The notes beneath the pieces are model-generated. The model saw nothing but the letters and a program-made list of their open reading frames with translations. It made no database searches and was not told the origin of the DNA. Shown in pieces: positions 60,825-64,000 of a DNA stretch of 64,000 nt. The translations under genes and the position numbers were made by a program. The stretch's first letter is position 1. Each line of letters begins with the position of its first letter. The stretch comes from the human T2T-CHM13v2.0 reference genome, Homo sapiens. The stretch is taken from NCBI RefSeq assembly GCF_009914755.1, contig NC_060948.1. One strand, written 5' to 3'.

Positions 60825-62684
60825 CTAGTCAATGGTCTGGCTCTGTGGTCTACTGTGTAAAAAACTACACATTGATCAATCAAAGACATTCCTCTTCAGA
60901 TCCTCTAATTGTGAACGCAAACTGCAACTGTGATTGACCTATATGAATCATGCTGAAGATGCCCATGGTAAGCTTACTCTTAGATATGCTCAGTCACCTT
61001 TAGGCTACCTATTTATTATGCCTACCTGACGCAAAGTTTCTCATTGTAAATAGAAACACAACAACCACTACATATTAGAGCTCACAGATTAAAAGGATTT
61101 GTTTCTGATGTAGCAGCAACCATATATGTCAGATTATTGTTGACTTCTGCCAAAATATGATTTATTTGTACCTTGGTAAAGGACACATTATATGATAAAG
61201 GTCACATTATATGGGTCACATTATATAGTTCTGATCTTTGTTTCCTTCTCTGGATGATCACAGGTGCCTTACGAATGGTGACATTCTATTAGGATACAAT
61301 ATTTCTATTTCAGTCTGACTGGCTGACTGCTACCAATGACTTCTGTGGTCAGAAGACTCAGTCCCCCGGGACTTTCTCTGTAGTGTCTTTAGCTTTCCAG
61401 ATAAATTTACATTTTAGTAACACTGCACCATACATAGCAATGCAATAAGAGATTGTTATAGTATTTAATGAATGTTCTTTATTCCCTAACATATTCAGAC
61501 ATCTGTAATTATTTCATGTTGGACAGATTTTTAACTCTATCACCTCACCTACTCCTGTCCCATAAAATTGTAAAAGGTGTTGGATTACTGAATAAAACAA
61601 GTCCTATAAAGGGATTATCCCCTCTTGGCTCCTTCCTGGGTACAAGTTGAAAGTAGTAGAGGTTACATAGAATATATAGATGTACTTTTAAAATTTAGGA
61701 CTCGACAGTGATCTTTCTGGACAGAAGTTTGAGTATATATGGTGGAAATAATTGGAAATAATACTCTTGTAGGTGCTGAGATGCAATACGTTGATTCAAT
61801 GGGGGTAAAGAGACAGCAACAATCCTAGTATATAAATATAAAAGACTTTAGATTTCTGAAAATTTCTTATTGACTTATGCATATAGCACCACTGCTTCAC
61901 AGCTTGACTCAATTGCAGCTGGCAGTCAGGCCTACACGCTATAGAAACAAAGCCTTTTTTTCTGTGAAAGATAAAAAGTAATAGCTTGAATACAATAGCA
62001 GGCTTATTGTTTTTGGCAATAAATATATATTTTAATGAGTTTAAGTCACATTCCATAAATAACAAAGTAAGTGAGAAATACCTCCTGGAAGGGGTTATAT
62101 CTGTACTGTAACGTTGTAAGTGGGCAAGAAGGGAGAGGGCCTTTTATCTCCAGGAAAGAAATTAGGTAAAAGTTACAAGATGGGAAAGTGCATTGGTGAA
62201 AGTGGTTTGTCTGAAAGTAGCTCCAGATGGAGAGTGGTGAAACAGAAAGGCATGAAACTGAAAGGCAGACAAATGCCAGATCTTGAAGTGATTTCTTCAG
62301 CCGTGCTTAGAATCTGGGCTCAGAATCTAGAAAGTATTAAATACCAGCATAAGAATTTAAATCTGAGTTTAGATGAAGAATAAAATTAATGTGATAAAAA
62401 TGTGCATTAGAAAACATGAAAGGTGGACTCTTGTGGGAAGTAATTAAAGGCAAAAAACAGCTGGAACTTTTTGAGGGAAGATAAAAAAGGACACTTGCTA
62501 ATGACAGTTGTAAAATTCCACCATGTGCTGACAGTGATGCAACCTATGAGTATAATATTATGTAAATTTTATTACAAAAGTGATGACACAAATAATGGTG
62601 TTCATGCTAACTGAGCTGGCTGGATATGAGCTGTAATAAGGAAAACCTGTGCCAATGAAATCCCATGTATAACTTTAAAATATC

Positions 62685-62942
62685 TGGCACATGCATGCAT
62701 GTATTTATTGCAGCACCATTCACAATACCAAAGTCATGAAATCAACCTAAATATTTATCAGTGATAGACTAGACTAAAAATAAGTGACACATATATACCA
62801 TGTGATACTGCGCAGTCACAGAAACAAATGAGATCACGTCCTTTGCAGGGATATGAATGGAGTTGGGGGCCATTATCTTTAGCAGCTTACACAGGAGCAG
62901 AAAACCACATACCACTTGATCTTTCTTTTAAGTGGGAGCTTA
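62685..62942 (+). mobile_element. Old L1PA fragment (ORF2 end / 3'UTR start)
   Basis: atgtatttattgcagcaccattcacaat..gagatcacgtcctttgcaggga..aagtgggagct. Confidence 0.85.
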
Positions 62943-63220
62943 TAGGAATTTTTTTAAGGGGCTTTTTGCCTTTTCTATTTGTGGGTATTTCTTTTCTGAA
63001 GGAAGTTTTTTTCCTTCTCAATTAACAAATTATTTGTCTCCATTTTTCTCTTGTCACTCTTAACGTAAACACGAGGTACTCCAGGATGACTTCTGATGGC
63101 CTGGGGCTCCTTGGGAAAGAGAGAAGAGCTTCCACTTACCAGTTTTGGTAAGAAACTCGGTTTTCCTCAGGGAGTCCCACAGATTAAAGCAGACAGATGC
63201 CTCTCAAAAATCTGTTTTTG

Positions 63221-63836
<616 letters not shown>

Positions 63837-64000
63837 TTATTACACCTAAGAAACTGCATATTTTCCTAGTCTTATTTTTTGAGGAGCTCCACCCTGAGGC
63901 CAGTAATCTAATTAAGAAATTGGCACATGGAAAAATCATACAACTACTGAATCTCCTTCTGTCTGGCTGTGTAGTTATATATGTGTGTGTCATGTATTAT

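Noticed and set aside
60115-60937. Overlapping ORFs of up to 169 aa
   Set aside because: They lie in the GC-rich LTR12C U3, where stop codons are rare; low-complexity Ala/Pro/Gly/Arg content and no domain motif.
61796-62400. ORFs of 87-89 aa in the repeat-poor island
   Set aside because: Non-ATG starts, lengths within chance expectation, and no motifs or exon chain.

Overview
This is AT-rich ape-type (hominoid) genomic DNA made almost entirely of nested, decayed retrotransposons. I see no intact cellular protein-coding gene, RNA gene or CRISPR array, and essentially every listed ORF is a fragment of, or antisense to, a LINE-1, Alu or ERV. Main contents: (1) an L1PB-type LINE (~1.2-11.6 kb) carrying a solo LTR12, an AluSp and a two-LTR, internally deleted HERV-K(HML-5)/LTR22 provirus (5070-10190, TSD TACCAG); (2) stacked old L1MA/L1PA fragments with MST/THE1 and MER4-type LTRs; (3) a full-length L1PA8-like element (28876-35321) with a TSD; (4) a twin-primed, 5'-inverted L1PA (41620-43882); (5) a minus-strand HERV30/LTR30 provirus (50210-56073, TSD AGAG, tRNA-Arg PBS) inside an MSTB element; (6) a solo LTR12C (59175-60824, TSD CTAG). 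I found no convincing new multi-gene system. The best anomalies are a CpG-retaining, promoter-like zone with an apparently non-viral GC-rich segment inside the old HML-5 provirus, an AluY flanked by a ~96-bp duplication, an open 204-codon HML-5 env N-terminus, a ~277-bp monomer array in an old L1 5'UTR, and two Alus sharing a triplicated target site. Subfamily names come from recalled consensus motifs, not from a database run.
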